Below are positions 22,014 through 33,080 of a DNA stretch of 64,000 bases, one piece after another. Source of the stretch: Tequatrovirus BCH953P4; sequence record OZ035789.1, one strand, 5' to 3'. Position 1 is the first letter of the stretch. Every line of letters starts with the position of its first letter. Made by a program: the position numbers and the translations under genes. The notes beneath the pieces were generated by a model, which saw nothing but the letters and a program-made list of their open reading frames with translations, made no database searches and was not told where the DNA came from.

Positions 22014-22667
22014 TCAATACTTGCAAGATTTCACAGTTTCAATGAAAACATTTTTAGCTTTCTGTGAATCAATATTTAAAATTTTTCTATAAGCCTTTAA
22101 CTTTATAGAATAATTATTCCAGACTAAATTATCAGTCTGTTCATCGTGTTTATCAATTATATTTAAAAACGAATCAAGCAAGATAAACGTTTCAAACGAA
22201 ATTATATTCGACTGAAGCAGTTTAAAAATATAACTTGATTGAACCTTTGGATTATATTCAAAGATTTCTTTAAAAGCAGAAACTTCAACTTTTTTACTAA
22301 AATAATAAATGTTGCGAATATCTTCTTCAAACTTAAATTTAATTTGCTTTAAGCGTCCGATATATTCACGATAAAACACAAGTGCATCAGCGTCAGAGAT
22401 GTCACCAATCCAAGCATCTTGGTTAGCAACCAGATTGCTTATAAAGATTAAAGCAAGTTCCTTTAATTTATATTTTTCTGATAACTTCTGGAAAAAATAC
22501 TTATCCCTTCGCTTTTGATAAGCGGCATCAGACACCCGCATGCACCAATTATACTTAATAACATCATACTTTCCATTCATATGTTGTTTTATCATTAAGT
22601 ATAATTTATAAACTGATTTACCATCAATGTATCTTTCACCACCAGCAGGCATGCGGAGTTTAATCAT
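22014..22667 (-). CDS. 59: gp59 helicase loader
   Basis: 217-aa ORF matching T4 gp59 in length and sequence. Confidence 0.9.
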   Translation of the reverse strand: MIKLRMPAGGERYIDGKSVYKLYLMIKQHMNGKYDVIKYNWCMRVSDAAYQKRRDKYFFQKLSEKYKLKELALIFISNLVANQDAWIGDISDADALVFYREYIGRLKQIKFKFEEDIRNIYYFSKKVEVSAFKEIFEYNPKVQSSYIFKLLQSNIISFETFILLDSFLNIIDKHDEQTDNLVWNNYSIKLKAYRKILNIDSQKAKNVFIETVKSCKY

Positions 22668-23002
22668 AGTAGAAAATCTAATGTATTAGTTTTTTCACAA
22701 CGAACAACAGAAGGACGTAAAAGATTTTCGTCGATAGCTTCTGACTGAATTTTTTCAATTATACCCGAAGGAATAAATTTAGCAAATTGAGTTTCAGGAA
22801 TAGAGTTTTCTTCCAAGAATGCTGTCGTAGCTTCAAGATAACTCATTCCAAACTCTTCTACCATTTTTTCAATAATAAATCCATTTTCTTGACGATCAAG
22901 AAGCTTTGCTATTTCATCCTTTTCTTTCTTAATTGAAAGTTCTTTTTCTGAAAGACCGGTCTCATCGACCGGACGAATATCATTTAGAGAAAACTGTGTC
23001 AT
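22664..23002 (-). CDS. 33: gp33 late-transcription co-activator
   Basis: 112 aa from MTQFSLNDIRPVDETG; ATGA coupling with gene 59. Confidence 0.85.
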   Translation of the reverse strand: MTQFSLNDIRPVDETGLSEKELSIKKEKDEIAKLLDRQENGFIIEKMVEEFGMSYLEATTAFLEENSIPETQFAKFIPSGIIEKIQSEAIDENLLRPSVVRCEKTNTLDFLL

Positions 23003-23249
23003 AAAGTTCAACTACCTCTTCAGTTTCAGCTTCAAACACATCACGGTTATCTTTATGATACAAAGCTAATAGACGATTAAACATCTTACCATCAACGCCA
23101 AGTTCATCTTTGGCACGAATTCGAATATCTTTAATCAATTCATTATAACCAGAAATTTTCAGTTTATGATCAGATGCTTCTTTAATAAATTTAGCCAAAT
23201 CTTCGCCGTGGATAGCTTCATCAAATTCAACCATTTCTTTTTTAGCCAT
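22980..23249 (-). CDS. dsbA: DsbA double-stranded DNA-binding protein
   Basis: 89-aa ORF of T4 DsbA length between rnh and 33. Confidence 0.8.
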   Translation of the reverse strand: MAKKEMVEFDEAIHGEDLAKFIKEASDHKLKISGYNELIKDIRIRAKDELGVDGKMFNRLLALYHKDNRDVFEAETEEVVELYDTVFSK

Positions 23250-23257
23250 TATTCACC

Positions 23258-24175
23258 TCAAAATTCATTAATGCTATTAGTTAATTTAGAAAGACCCGCT
23301 TTTACAAAATATGAATAAATTTTGCCACGCGGTGGTAATTTATATGAATTATAGTAATTCACAATGTTTGAAGCAATATTATCAGGAATATAATCAAAAT
23401 CAATTAGAACTAAATTTTCTTTATAACGATTATATTCAGATTCTGTGAGAAGCACCTTAGCTTGCTCACGGTCATTAGCAATAGCTTCAACGATTGAAGT
23501 TTTCATTGAAGGAGTTCGTTCACCTTCAACTCTGGTAAACCAAAAGTCAGATCGTACTTTAACTGAAGCAACGTTATCCTTTTTGTCGCCTTTAAGGATT
23601 TTAGTCATACAGTCAATTTCAGCAGAACCGCTTTTAATTTTAACCCATTTCTTGTGCATCGGTGACCATTGCTTAACATTTGGGTATTTGTGAAGTTGAG
23701 TAAAGTCACCATCCGATGAAATGATTAAAATCTTATGTCCTTCTAAAGAGAACTTTTTAACAAGAACAGCAATATGGTCATCTGCTTCATACTTATCAAT
23801 ATCCATAACGATGTATGGCATATAAGCTTTCAATTCATCTATAACTTTATGACTGGATTCAAAATAACCTTCCCAGTCCCAAGTCGATTCTTCTCGTGCT
23901 TTTCCACGGTTTTTCTTATAATAATAAGCGAAATCACGACGCCAGTATCCAGATTTCGCGTTATCAATACACAGTACAATTTTAGTGTATCCAAGCGTTT
24001 TTGCTTTTTTGACATTAAACTTAATTGAGTTCAATATCAAATGACGAACCATTGATAAATTAATTTTTTCTTTATCTGGGAAGTTTACTAAAGCAGTTGA
24101 AAGCGCAATTTGACTAAAGTCAATAAAGCAAATTCCTTCTTTGTAATCTTCATCCAGCATCATTTCTAAATCCAT
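23258..24175 (-). CDS. rnh: RNase H (5'-3' exonuclease, FEN family)
   Basis: 305 aa from MDLEMMLDEDYKEG..; SD GAGG precedes this ATG; T4 RNase H length. Confidence 0.9.
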   Translation of the reverse strand: MDLEMMLDEDYKEGICFIDFSQIALSTALVNFPDKEKINLSMVRHLILNSIKFNVKKAKTLGYTKIVLCIDNAKSGYWRRDFAYYYKKNRGKAREESTWDWEGYFESSHKVIDELKAYMPYIVMDIDKYEADDHIAVLVKKFSLEGHKILIISSDGDFTQLHKYPNVKQWSPMHKKWVKIKSGSAEIDCMTKILKGDKKDNVASVKVRSDFWFTRVEGERTPSMKTSIVEAIANDREQAKVLLTESEYNRYKENLVLIDFDYIPDNIASNIVNYYNSYKLPPRGKIYSYFVKAGLSKLTNSINEF

Positions 24176-24202
24176 ATGAACCTCGTTCAATTAGTGAGAT
24201 TT

Positions 24203-24235
24203 CTATTATATACCATCCAAATCTTAAAGTAAACA
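24203..24235 (-). promoter_or_regulatory. early promoter for rnh
   Basis: Minus strand GTTTAC -35, ~17-nt spacer, TATATAAT -10. Confidence 0.55.
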
Positions 24236-24237
24236 AG

Positions 24238-24245
24238 TATAAATA
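24238..24245 (+). promoter_or_regulatory. late promoter (TATAAATA) for gene 34
   Basis: Exact TATAAATA ~35 nt upstream of gene 34 ATG. Confidence 0.65.
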
Positions 24246-24279
24246 CTTATTATTGAAAACACAATAGGAGCCCGGGAGA

Positions 24280-27200
24280 ATGGCCGAGATTAAAAGAAAG
24301 TTCAGAGCAGAAGATGGTCTGGACGCAGGTGGTGATAAAATAATCAACGTAGCTTTAGCTGATCGTACCGTAGGAACTGACGGTGTTAACGTTGATTACT
24401 TAATTCAAGAAAACACAGTTCAACAATATGATCCAACTCGTGGATATTTAAAAGATTTTGTAATCATTTATGATAACCGCTTTTGGGCTGCTATAAATGA
24501 TATTCCAAAACCAGCAGGAGCTTTTAATAGCGGACGCTGGAGAGCATTACGTACCGATGCTAACTGGATTACGGTTTCATCTGGTTCATATCAATTAAAA
24601 TCCGGTGAAGCAATTTCGGTTAATACTGCAGCTGGAAATGACATCACGTTTACTTTACCATCTTCTCCAATTGACGGTGATACTATCGTTCTCCAAGACA
24701 TTGGAGGAAAACCTGGAGTTAATCAAGTTTTAATTGTAGCTCCAGTGCAAAGTATTGTAAACTTCAGAGGTGAACAGGTACGTTCAGTACTAATGACTCA
24801 TCCAAAGTCACAGTTAGTTTTAATTTTTAGTAATCGTCTGTGGCAAATGTATGTAGCTGATTATAGTAGAGAAGCTGTAGTTGTAACACCAGCGAATACT
24901 TATCAAGCGCAATCTAATGATTTTATCGTGCGTAGATTTACTTCTGCTGCACCGATAAATATTAAACTTCCAAGATTTGCTAATCATGGCGATATTATTA
25001 ATTTCGTCGATTTGGATAAATTAAATCCGCTTTATCATACAATTGTTACTACATACGATGAAACGACTTCAGTACAAGAAGTTGGAACTCATTCCATTGA
25101 AGGCCGTACATCAATTGACGGTTTCTTGATGTTTGATGATAATGAGAAATTGTGGAGATTGTTTGACGGGGATAGTAAAGCACGTTTACGTATCATAACA
25201 ACTAATTCAAACATTCGTCCAAATGAAGAAGTTATGGTATTTGGTGCGAATAATGGAACAACTCAGACAATTGAGCTTAAGCTTCCAACTAATATTTCTG
25301 TTGGTGATACTGTTAAAATTTCCATGAATTACATGAGAAAAGGACAAACAGTTAAAATCAAAGCTGCTGATGAAGATAAAATTGCTTCTTCAGTTCAATT
25401 GCTGCAATTCCCAAAACGCTCAGAATATCCGCCTGAAGCTGAGTGGGTTACAGTCCAAGAATTAGTTTTTAATGGTGAAACTAATTATGTTCCAGTTTTA
25501 GAGCTTGCTTATATAGAAGATTCTGATGGAAAATACTGGGTTGTACAGCAAAACGTTCCAACCGTAGAAAGAGTAGATTCTTTAAATGATTCTACTAGAG
25601 CAAGATTAGGCGTAATTGCTTTAGCTACACAAGCTCAAGCTAATGTCGATTTAGAAAATTCTCCACAAAAAGAATTAGCAATTACTCCAGAAACGTTAGC
25701 TAATCGCACTGCTACTGAAACTCGCAGAGGTATTGCAAGAATAGCAACTACTGCTCAAGTGAATCAGAACACCACATTCTCTTTTGCAGATGACCTTATC
25801 ATTACTCCTAAAAAGCTGAATGAAAGAACTGCTACAGAAACTCGTAGAGGTGTCGCAGAAATTGCTACGCAGCAAGAAACTAATACAGGTACTGATGATA
25901 CTACAATCATTACTCCTAAAAAGCTTCAAGCTCGTCAAGGTTCTGAATCATTATCTGGTATTGTAACTTTTGTATCTACTGCAGGTGCTACTCCAGCTTC
26001 TAGCCGTGAATTAAATGGTACGAATGTTTATAATAAAAACACTAATAATTTAGTTGTTTCACCTAAAGCTTTGGATCAGTATAAAGCTACGCCTACTCAA
26101 CAGGGTGCAGTAATTTTAGCAGTTGAAAGTGAAGTAATTGCTGGACAAAGTCAGCAAGGATGGGCAAATGCTGTTGTAACGCCAGAAACGTTACATAAAA
26201 AGACATCAACTGATGGAAGAATTGGTTTAATTGAAATTGCTACGCAAAGTGAAGTTAATACAGGAACTGATTATACTCGTGCAGTCACTCCTAAAACTTT
26301 AAATGACCGTAGAGCAACTGAAAGTTTAAGTGGTATAGCTGAAATTGCTACACAAGTTGAATTCGACGCAGGCGTCGACGATACTCGTATCTCTACACCA
26401 TTAAAAATTAAAACCAGATTTAATAGTACTGATCGTACTTCTGTTGTTGCTCTATCTGGATTAGTTGAATCAGGAACTCTCTGGGACCATTATACCCTTA
26501 ATATTCTTGAAGCAAATGAGACACAGCGTGGTACACTTCGTGTGGCTACACAAGTTGAAGCTGCTGCAGGAAAATTAGATAATGTTTTAATAACTCCTAA
26601 AAAGCTTTTAGGTACTAAATCTACCGAATCGCAAGAGGGTGTTATTAAAGTTGCAACTCAGTCTGAAGCTGTGGCTGGAACGTCAGCAAATACTGCTATA
26701 TCTCCAAAAAATTTAAAATGGATTGTGCAGAGTGAACCTTCTTGGAGAGCAACTACTGCGATAAGAGGTTTTGTTAAAACTTCATCTGGTTCAATTACAT
26801 TCGTTGGTAATGATACCGTCGGTTCTACCCAAGATTTAGAACTTTATGAGAAAAATAATTATGCAGTATCACCATATGAATTAAACCGTGTATTAGCAAA
26901 TTATTTGCCATTAAAAGCAAAAGCTGCTGATACAAATTTATTGGATGGTCTAGATTCATCTCAGTTCATTCGTAGGGATATTGCACAGACGGTTAATGGT
27001 TCACTAACCTTAACCCAACAAACGAATCTGAGTGCCCCTCTTGTATCATCTAGTACTGCTACGTTTGGTGGTTCAGTTTCGGTAAATACATTAACTATTT
27101 CTAAAACTGGAACAGCAGCTCGTCTGATTTTTGAGAAAGGACCTCAAACTGAAACTAACCCAGCGCAGACGATGACTATCAAAGTTTGGGGAAACCAGTT

Positions 27201-28149
27201 TAGTGGCAGACCAGATTCAACGCGTTCTACTGTATTTGAAGTTGGTGATGAAACATCTCATCACTTTTATTCTCAGCGCAATACAGCTGGAAAGATATTG
27301 TTTAATATCAATGGTACTGTAATGCCGATAGATGTAAATGCTTCTGGTTCATTGAATGCGAATGGCGTTGCAACATTTGGTAATTCAGTTACTGCTAATG
27401 GAGAATTTACCAGTAAATCAGCAAATGCTTTTAGAGCAATAAATGGAAATTACGGATTCTTTATTCGTAATGCTGGTAATGACACCTATTTTATGCTCAC
27501 TGCAGCCGGTGATCAGTTTGGTGGATTTAATGGATTACGTCCATTATCAATTAATAATCAATCCGGTCAAGTTACAATTGGTGAAGGGCTTATCATTAGT
27601 AAAGGTGGAGCAACAATTAACAGCGGTGGTTTAACTGTTAACTCGAGAATTCGTTCTCAGGGTACTAAAACATCTGATTTATATACCCGTGCGCCAACAT
27701 CTGATACGGTAGGATTCTGGTCAATTGATATTAACGATTCAGCCACTTATAACCAGTTCCCGGGTTATTTTAAAATGGTTGAAAAAACTAATGAAGTGAC
27801 TGGGCTTCCATACTTAGAACGTGGCGAAGAAGTTAAATCTCCTGGTACACTGACTCAGTTTGGTAACACACTTGATTCGCTTTACCAAGATTGGATTACT
27901 TATCCAACTACCCCAGAAGCACGCACCACTCGCTGGACACGTACATGGCAGAAAACCAAAAACTCTTGGTCAAGTTTTGTTCAGGTATTTGACGGAGGTA
28001 ACCCTCCTCAACCATCTGATATCGGTGCTTTACCATCTGATAACGCTACAATGGGGAATCTTACTATTCGTGATTTCTTACGAATTGGTAATGTTCGCAT
28101 TGTTCCTGACCCAGTGAATAAATCTGTTAAATTTGAATGGGTTGAATAA
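24280..28149 (+). CDS. 34: gp34 long tail fibre proximal subunit
   Basis: 1289-aa ORF matching T4 gp34 (MAEIKRKFRAEDGLDAGGDKIINVALADRTVG..); repeated ITPKKL / ATQ motifs. Confidence 0.95.
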   Translation: MAEIKRKFRAEDGLDAGGDKIINVALADRTVGTDGVNVDYLIQENTVQQYDPTRGYLKDFVIIYDNRFWAAINDIPKPAGAFNSGRWRALRTDANWITVSSGSYQLKSGEAISVNTAAGNDITFTLPSSPIDGDTIVLQDIGGKPGVNQVLIVAPVQSIVNFRGEQVRSVLMTHPKSQLVLIFSNRLWQMYVADYSREAVVVTPANTYQAQSNDFIVRRFTSAAPINIKLPRFANHGDIINFVDLDKLNPLYHTIVTTYDETTSVQEVGTHSIEGRTSIDGFLMFDDNEKLWRLFDGDSKARLRIITTNSNIRPNEEVMVFGANNGTTQTIELKLPTNISVGDTVKISMNYMRKGQTVKIKAADEDKIASSVQLLQFPKRSEYPPEAEWVTVQELVFNGETNYVPVLELAYIEDSDGKYWVVQQNVPTVERVDSLNDSTRARLGVIALATQAQANVDLENSPQKELAITPETLANRTATETRRGIARIATTAQVNQNTTFSFADDLIITPKKLNERTATETRRGVAEIATQQETNTGTDDTTIITPKKLQARQGSESLSGIVTFVSTAGATPASSRELNGTNVYNKNTNNLVVSPKALDQYKATPTQQGAVILAVESEVIAGQSQQGWANAVVTPETLHKKTSTDGRIGLIEIATQSEVNTGTDYTRAVTPKTLNDRRATESLSGIAEIATQVEFDAGVDDTRISTPLKIKTRFNSTDRTSVVALSGLVESGTLWDHYTLNILEANETQRGTLRVATQVEAAAGKLDNVLITPKKLLGTKSTESQEGVIKVATQSEAVAGTSANTAISPKNLKWIVQSEPSWRATTAIRGFVKTSSGSITFVGNDTVGSTQDLELYEKNNYAVSPYELNRVLANYLPLKAKAADTNLLDGLDSSQFIRRDIAQTVNGSLTLTQQTNLSAPLVSSSTATFGGSVSVNTLTISKTGTAARLIFEKGPQTETNPAQTMTIKVWGNQFSGRPDSTRSTVFEVGDETSHHFYSQRNTAGKILFNINGTVMPIDVNASGSLNANGVATFGNSVTANGEFTSKSANAFRAINGNYGFFIRNAGNDTYFMLTAAGDQFGGFNGLRPLSINNQSGQVTIGEGLIISKGGATINSGGLTVNSRIRSQGTKTSDLYTRAPTSDTVGFWSIDINDSATYNQFPGYFKMVEKTNEVTGLPYLERGEEVKSPGTLTQFGNTLDSLYQDWITYPTTPEARTTRWTRTWQKTKNSWSSFVQVFDGGNPPQPSDIGALPSDNATMGNLTIRDFLRIGNVRIVPDPVNKSVKFEWVE

Positions 28150-28157
28150 GAGGTATT

Positions 28158-29273
28158 ATGGAAAAATTTATGGCAGAGTTTGGACAAGGATATGTCCAAA
28201 CGCCATTTTTATCGGAAAGTAATTCAGTAAGATACAAAATAAGTATAGCGGGTTCTTGCCCGCTTTCTACTGCAGGACCATATGTTAAATTTCAAGATAA
28301 TCCTGTCGGAAGTCAAACATTTAGCACAGGCCTTCATTTAAGAGTTTTTGACCCTTCTACAGGAGCATTAGTTGATAGTAAGTCATATGCTTTTTCGACT
28401 TCAAATGATACTACATCAGCTGCTTTTGTTAGTTTCATGAATTCTTTGACGAATAATAGACTTGTTGCTATATTAACTAACGGAAAGGTTAATTTTCCTC
28501 CTGAAGTAGTATCTTGGTTAAGAACCGCCGGAACGTCTGCCTTTCCATCTGATTCTGTATTGTCAAGATTCGACGTATCATATGCTGCTTTTTATACTTC
28601 TTCTAAAAGAGCTATTGCATTAGAGCATGTTAAACTGAGTAATAGAAAAAGCACAGATGATTATCAAACTATTTTAGATGTTGTATTTGACAGTTTAGAA
28701 GACGTAGGAGCTACCGGGTTTCCAAGAAGAACGTATGAAAGCGTTGAGCAATTCATGTCAGCAGTTGGTGGAACTAATAACGAAATTGCGAGATTGCCAA
28801 CTTCGGCTGCAATAAGTAAATTATCTGATTATAATTTAATTCCTGGAGATGTTCTTTATCTTAAAACACAGCTATACGCCGATGCCGATTTACTTGCTCT
28901 TGGAACTACGAATATATCCATTCGATTTTATAATGCATCTAACGGATATATTTCCTCGACACAAGCTGAATTTACTGGGCAAGCTGGATCTTGGGAATTA
29001 AAGGAAGATTATGTAGTTGTTCCAGAAAACGCTGTAGGATTTACGATATATGCACAAAGAACTGCACAAGCTGGCCAAGGTGGCATGAGAAATTTAAGCT
29101 TTTCTGAGGTGTCAAGAAATGGTAGTATTTCGAAACCCGCTGAATTTGGCGTCAATGGTATTCGTGTTAATTATATCTGTGAATCCGCTTCACCTCCGGA
29201 TATAATGGTACTTCCTACACAAGCATCGTCTAAAACTGATAAAGTGTTTGGGCAAGAATTTAGAGAAGTATAA
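28158..29273 (+). CDS. 35: gp35 long tail fibre hinge protein
   Basis: 371-aa ORF; position and size of T4 gp35. Confidence 0.9.
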   Translation: MEKFMAEFGQGYVQTPFLSESNSVRYKISIAGSCPLSTAGPYVKFQDNPVGSQTFSTGLHLRVFDPSTGALVDSKSYAFSTSNDTTSAAFVSFMNSLTNNRLVAILTNGKVNFPPEVVSWLRTAGTSAFPSDSVLSRFDVSYAAFYTSSKRAIALEHVKLSNRKSTDDYQTILDVVFDSLEDVGATGFPRRTYESVEQFMSAVGGTNNEIARLPTSAAISKLSDYNLIPGDVLYLKTQLYADADLLALGTTNISIRFYNASNGYISSTQAEFTGQAGSWELKEDYVVVPENAVGFTIYAQRTAQAGQGGMRNLSFSEVSRNGSISKPAEFGVNGIRVNYICESASPPDIMVLPTQASSKTDKVFGQEFREV

Positions 29274-29275
29274 AT

Positions 29276-29304
29276 TGAGGGAGCCTTCGGGTTCCCTTTT
29301 TTTC
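29276..29304 (+). terminator. stem-loop / terminator after gene 35
   Basis: GAGGGAGCC-ttcg-GGTTCCC hairpin followed by TTTTTTT. Confidence 0.55.
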
Positions 29305-29306
29305 TT

Positions 29307-29314
29307 TATAAATA
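29307..29314 (+). promoter_or_regulatory. late promoter (TATAAATA) for genes 36-37-38
   Basis: Exact TATAAATA ~24 nt upstream of gene 36 ATG. Confidence 0.65.
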
Positions 29315-29337
29315 CTATTAAAATAAAGGGGCATACA

Positions 29338-30003
29338 ATGGCTGATTTAAAAGTAGGTTCAACAACTGGAGGCTCTGTCATTTGGCATCAAGGAAATTTT
29401 CCATTGAATCCAGCCGGTGACGATGTACTCTATAAATCATTTAAAATATATTCAGAATATAATAAACCACAAGCTGCTGATAACGATTTCGTTTCTAAAG
29501 CTAATGGTGGTACTTATGCATCAAAGGTAACATTTAACGGCGGTGTCCAAGTCCCGTATGCTCCACACATCATGAGCCCATGCGGTATTTATGGGGGTAA
29601 CGGTGATGCAGCTACTTTTGATACAGCAAATATCGATATTGTTTCATGGTATGGCGTAGGATTTAAATCGTCATTTGGTTCAGCAGGCCGAACTGTTGTA
29701 ATTAATACACGCAATGGTGATATTAGTACAAAAGGCGTTGTGACAGCAGTAGGTCAAGTAAGAAGTAATGCAGTTGCTCCTATAGCAGCGAATGACCTTA
29801 CTAGAAAGGACTATGTTGATGGAGCAATAAATAATGTTACAGCAAATGCGAACTCTAGAGTGTTGCGTTCTGGTGACACTATGACAGGTAATTTAACGGC
29901 GCCAAACTTTTTCTCACAGAATCCTGCATCTCAACCTTCACATGTTCCACGATTTGACCAAATCGTAATTAAGGATTCTGTTCAAGATTTCGGCTATTAT
30001 TAA
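29338..30003 (+). CDS. 36: gp36 long tail fibre distal connector
   Basis: 221 aa from [21 protein letters not shown]; SD AAAGGGG; track ORF extends upstream across the promoter. Confidence 0.9.
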   Translation: MADLKVGSTTGGSVIWHQGNFPLNPAGDDVLYKSFKIYSEYNKPQAADNDFVSKANGGTYASKVTFNGGVQVPYAPHIMSPCGIYGGNGDAATFDTANIDIVSWYGVGFKSSFGSAGRTVVINTRNGDISTKGVVTAVGQVRSNAVAPIAANDLTRKDYVDGAINNVTANANSRVLRSGDTMTGNLTAPNFFSQNPASQPSHVPRFDQIVIKDSVQDFGYY

Positions 30004-30011
30004 GAGGACTT

Positions 30012-33000
30012 ATGGCTACTTTAAAACAAATACAATTTAAAAGAAGCAAAACCGCAGGTGCACGTCCTGCTGCTTCAGTATTAGCCGAAGGTGAATTGGC
30101 TATAAACTTAAAAGATAGAACAATTTTTACTAAAGATGATTCAGGAAATATCATTGATCTAGGTATTGCTAAAGGCGGCCAGGTTGATGGTGATGTAACT
30201 ATCAACGGTAAATTAACATTAAATGGCGCGTATGTTCAGACGCTGGCTGGTATTAATACTACGGGTGGTATTAATTCTGGAGCCGCTATAAGTGCAACAA
30301 CTTATTATGCTCGGTCTGGTTCTTTTTATGCTCGTGCTCCAGATGCCAATGCGAATACACATGTTTGGTTTGAAAATAACAATGGTATAGAACGTGGTGT
30401 GATTTGGGCTGTTCCGAACACTTCAGACCTAGGCTCGGTACGTATTCGAGCAAAAACTGCAGGTGGTGTTTTTGCTGGCGAGTACAGTTTCCGCTCTGAC
30501 GGCCAATTTGATGTTCCTGTAGCAGTTAAAATCGGCGGAGCAGCGATGCTAACCAAAGACGGCAACATTACCTCTGGTTCTATGTTTGGCGGTAACCTTA
30601 ACAACTATTTGACTTCTATTAAAAATGACATTGTTGCTGGTGATAATAAGAAAGTAAGTAAAACCGGTGACACGATGTCCGGTAACTTGACTATTAACGC
30701 TAACTTAAAAGTCGAAAACCCTAATGGAACGTATGTTGATTTAGGTTCAGAGAACTCTAGTGGGTATAGCAGATTAACTCTTGCTCGTAAAATTGGCGAT
30801 GGCGCTGGTGTAGCAATGCTTAAAGTTACTCCTGAAGGATACGTGCAATTTGGTTATCAACCTACAGTTGCTACTCCATCTCCTACCAAGTATATTCTAA
30901 TTAAATCTAACGGTCTTGAAGTAGAAGGTGATTTAGTTTTTAAGCAAACTTATCGTGGTACTGAAGAAGCAGTTGATATTACTGATCAGACTATTGACCT
31001 TAATAGCCTGATTATTAGACATTCAGATTTAGGTACTCGTAAGCTGTATAAATGCAGATCATCTGGCGGTGGTTCTAATATATTGAACAAACCTACATCT
31101 GACGGAAACTTTACTCTTGAAGTTCTGTCTTTACGCAAGGTTTCTGATACCGATTGGTCATGTAAGCAGACCTTTACTACAAAGAACAATAATGTTGTAG
31201 GCGTATATGTTCGCTACGGGCAAGGCGGCTCATGGTCTGCATGGCAAGAGGTTGTTGCTGGTGTTCAACCAATTAATTTAGGTGGTACTGGAGCAACTTC
31301 TGTAGCTGCTGCCCGTAATAACCTTGGTGTTGGTGCAGGCCAAACTGTAACATTCGGTAATTTAGTTACCACCGATTTAACCGTAAATGGAAATGCTAGA
31401 TTAGTCGGAAGACTGAACTTTGGTTCTAATTCTCAGTCGGCTGGTGTATTACGAGCCAACGAAGGTGGGGCTGTTGTTTTAGGTTCTGCAATTGGTGCAA
31501 ACATCCACATCAGAGCAGGAAGCGGCGATACTTCTACAGGTGAAACTCGCTTTGAGCCAAATGGTAACGTTGTAGTTAGTGGTGCTATTACAGCATCTCG
31601 GTCTATTACAGTTAATACTGCCGCTGATGCTATTATTATTAATGCTCCAACGCAAGAGTCTTCTAACTTCATCCAAGGACGTAAAGCCAATGTTAATAAA
31701 TGGTATGTGGGTATTGTCTCCGAAGGGGATATGGTACGTCTACATAACCAAGTATATTCTCACGGTATTGCATTAAACTCTGATACTGTCGATATTACTA
31801 AGCCTCTTAAAGTTGGAAATGTCAAACTAGGAACTGATGGTAATATTACCGGTGGTTCTGGCAATTTTTCTAACTTGAACACAACATTAAACCGTAAAGT
31901 TAATGTTGGCGTATGGTCAGGTACCACTAAAACAGTAGGCTGGTACTGGTACAAATTTGCTACTGTAACAATGCCACAATCTACATCTACCGCGCGTTTC
32001 AAAATTATCGGCGGGAATGGTTATAATGCTAATTCTCCTGAACAAGCATCTGTAAGTGAAATTGTTCTTAGAACTGGTAATAATAATCCTAAATCTATTA
32101 ATGCGGTGCTGTGGTCTAGCACTAGTACCAGCCCGTCAAACATTGCTACAGTGAATACATCTGGCGATGATTATGATGTATATGTATACATGGGCTCTTT
32201 TGCCCAATCTTTATTAGTTGAATATGATGCTACAGTGAATATTAGCAATATTTCGGTAATCGGTCTTAATGGTGCATCTCAATCACCGGTAGAAGAATTA
32301 CCTGCAGACCATGTACTTGGACACGTGTATAAGATGTATTCCGATGCTCAGATACCTTATCCGGTCGGTGCTCCAATTCCATGGCCACGTGATTCAATTC
32401 CTGATGGATTTGCTTTAATGGAAGGCCAGACCTTTGATAAGTCTGCATATCCAAAGCTAGCTATAGCGTATCCTGGTGGTGTTATTCCTGATATGCGAGG
32501 CCAGACTATTAAGGGTAAACCGAGCGGTCGTGCTGTGTTGAGTGCTGAAGCTGATGGTATTAAGTCCCATACCCATATTGCCTCAGCATCCACTACTGCT
32601 TTGTCTGGTACTACAAGCGCTACTGATTTAGGGACTAAAACTGTTAGTACAACAGATCTAGGCCGTAAACATACTAACACCGCTGGTGCACATACTCATA
32701 CAGTATCCGGTACAACGAGTACTGACGGTAGGCACGCACACACTGCTTCACTTGGTAACAACGCTAACGTTCAGTCCGGTAGATTTGCAGCATCCAATTC
32801 CGGTCAGACAGCAACGACATGGACAAACGAGGATGGTCTACACTCACACACGTGGTCAGGTACTACGTCAGTAGGTCCAGAGCACAGTCACTATACTGAT
32901 ATCGGTACACATAACCATACGGTGGCTATAGGTTCACATACTCACACGTTTTCTATTGCTGCTCATGACCATACGATTACTGTAAATAGTACAGGTAATA

Positions 33001-33053
33001 CAGAAAACACGGTTAAAAACATTGCTTTTAACTACATCGTTCGTTTAGCATAA
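30012..33053 (+). CDS. 37: gp37 long tail fibre distal subunit (receptor-binding)
   Basis: 1013-aa ORF; T4-type gp37 with C-terminal His-x-His repeats (HTHT, HAHT, HSHT, HNHT, HTHT, HDHT). Confidence 0.95.
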   Translation: MATLKQIQFKRSKTAGARPAASVLAEGELAINLKDRTIFTKDDSGNIIDLGIAKGGQVDGDVTINGKLTLNGAYVQTLAGINTTGGINSGAAISATTYYARSGSFYARAPDANANTHVWFENNNGIERGVIWAVPNTSDLGSVRIRAKTAGGVFAGEYSFRSDGQFDVPVAVKIGGAAMLTKDGNITSGSMFGGNLNNYLTSIKNDIVAGDNKKVSKTGDTMSGNLTINANLKVENPNGTYVDLGSENSSGYSRLTLARKIGDGAGVAMLKVTPEGYVQFGYQPTVATPSPTKYILIKSNGLEVEGDLVFKQTYRGTEEAVDITDQTIDLNSLIIRHSDLGTRKLYKCRSSGGGSNILNKPTSDGNFTLEVLSLRKVSDTDWSCKQTFTTKNNNVVGVYVRYGQGGSWSAWQEVVAGVQPINLGGTGATSVAAARNNLGVGAGQTVTFGNLVTTDLTVNGNARLVGRLNFGSNSQSAGVLRANEGGAVVLGSAIGANIHIRAGSGDTSTGETRFEPNGNVVVSGAITASRSITVNTAADAIIINAPTQESSNFIQGRKANVNKWYVGIVSEGDMVRLHNQVYSHGIALNSDTVDITKPLKVGNVKLGTDGNITGGSGNFSNLNTTLNRKVNVGVWSGTTKTVGWYWYKFATVTMPQSTSTARFKIIGGNGYNANSPEQASVSEIVLRTGNNNPKSINAVLWSSTSTSPSNIATVNTSGDDYDVYVYMGSFAQSLLVEYDATVNISNISVIGLNGASQSPVEELPADHVLGHVYKMYSDAQIPYPVGAPIPWPRDSIPDGFALMEGQTFDKSAYPKLAIAYPGGVIPDMRGQTIKGKPSGRAVLSAEADGIKSHTHIASASTTALSGTTSATDLGTKTVSTTDLGRKHTNTAGAHTHTVSGTTSTDGRHAHTASLGNNANVQSGRFAASNSGQTATTWTNEDGLHSHTWSGTTSVGPEHSHYTDIGTHNHTVAIGSHTHTFSIAAHDHTITVNSTGNTENTVKNIAFNYIVRLA

Positions 33054-33076
33054 GGAGAGGGGCTTCGGCCCCTTCT
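33054..33076 (+). terminator. GC-rich tetraloop stem-loop between 37 and 38
   Basis: GGGGC-ttcg-GCCCC hairpin; weak U tract, so likely a stabiliser or partial terminator. Confidence 0.4.
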
Positions 33077-33080
33077 AAAT

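Noticed and set aside
24271-24276. CCCGGG (SmaI) hexamer immediately before the gene 34 ATG, considered as a possible engineering scar
   Set aside because: A single palindromic hexamer in a ribosome-binding region with no adjacent vector-like sequence; most simply native sequence.
24150-24347. 65-aa minus-strand ORF spanning the rnh / gene 34 promoter region
   Set aside because: Overlaps the gene 34 start and both promoters; no SD; inconsistent with the divergent-promoter architecture.
25696-25938. Minus-strand ORFs inside the tail-fibre genes (also 30326..30604, 31433..31690, 32357..32680, 33245..33487)
   Set aside because: Antisense to long, confidently identified late genes; no promoter or SD support.
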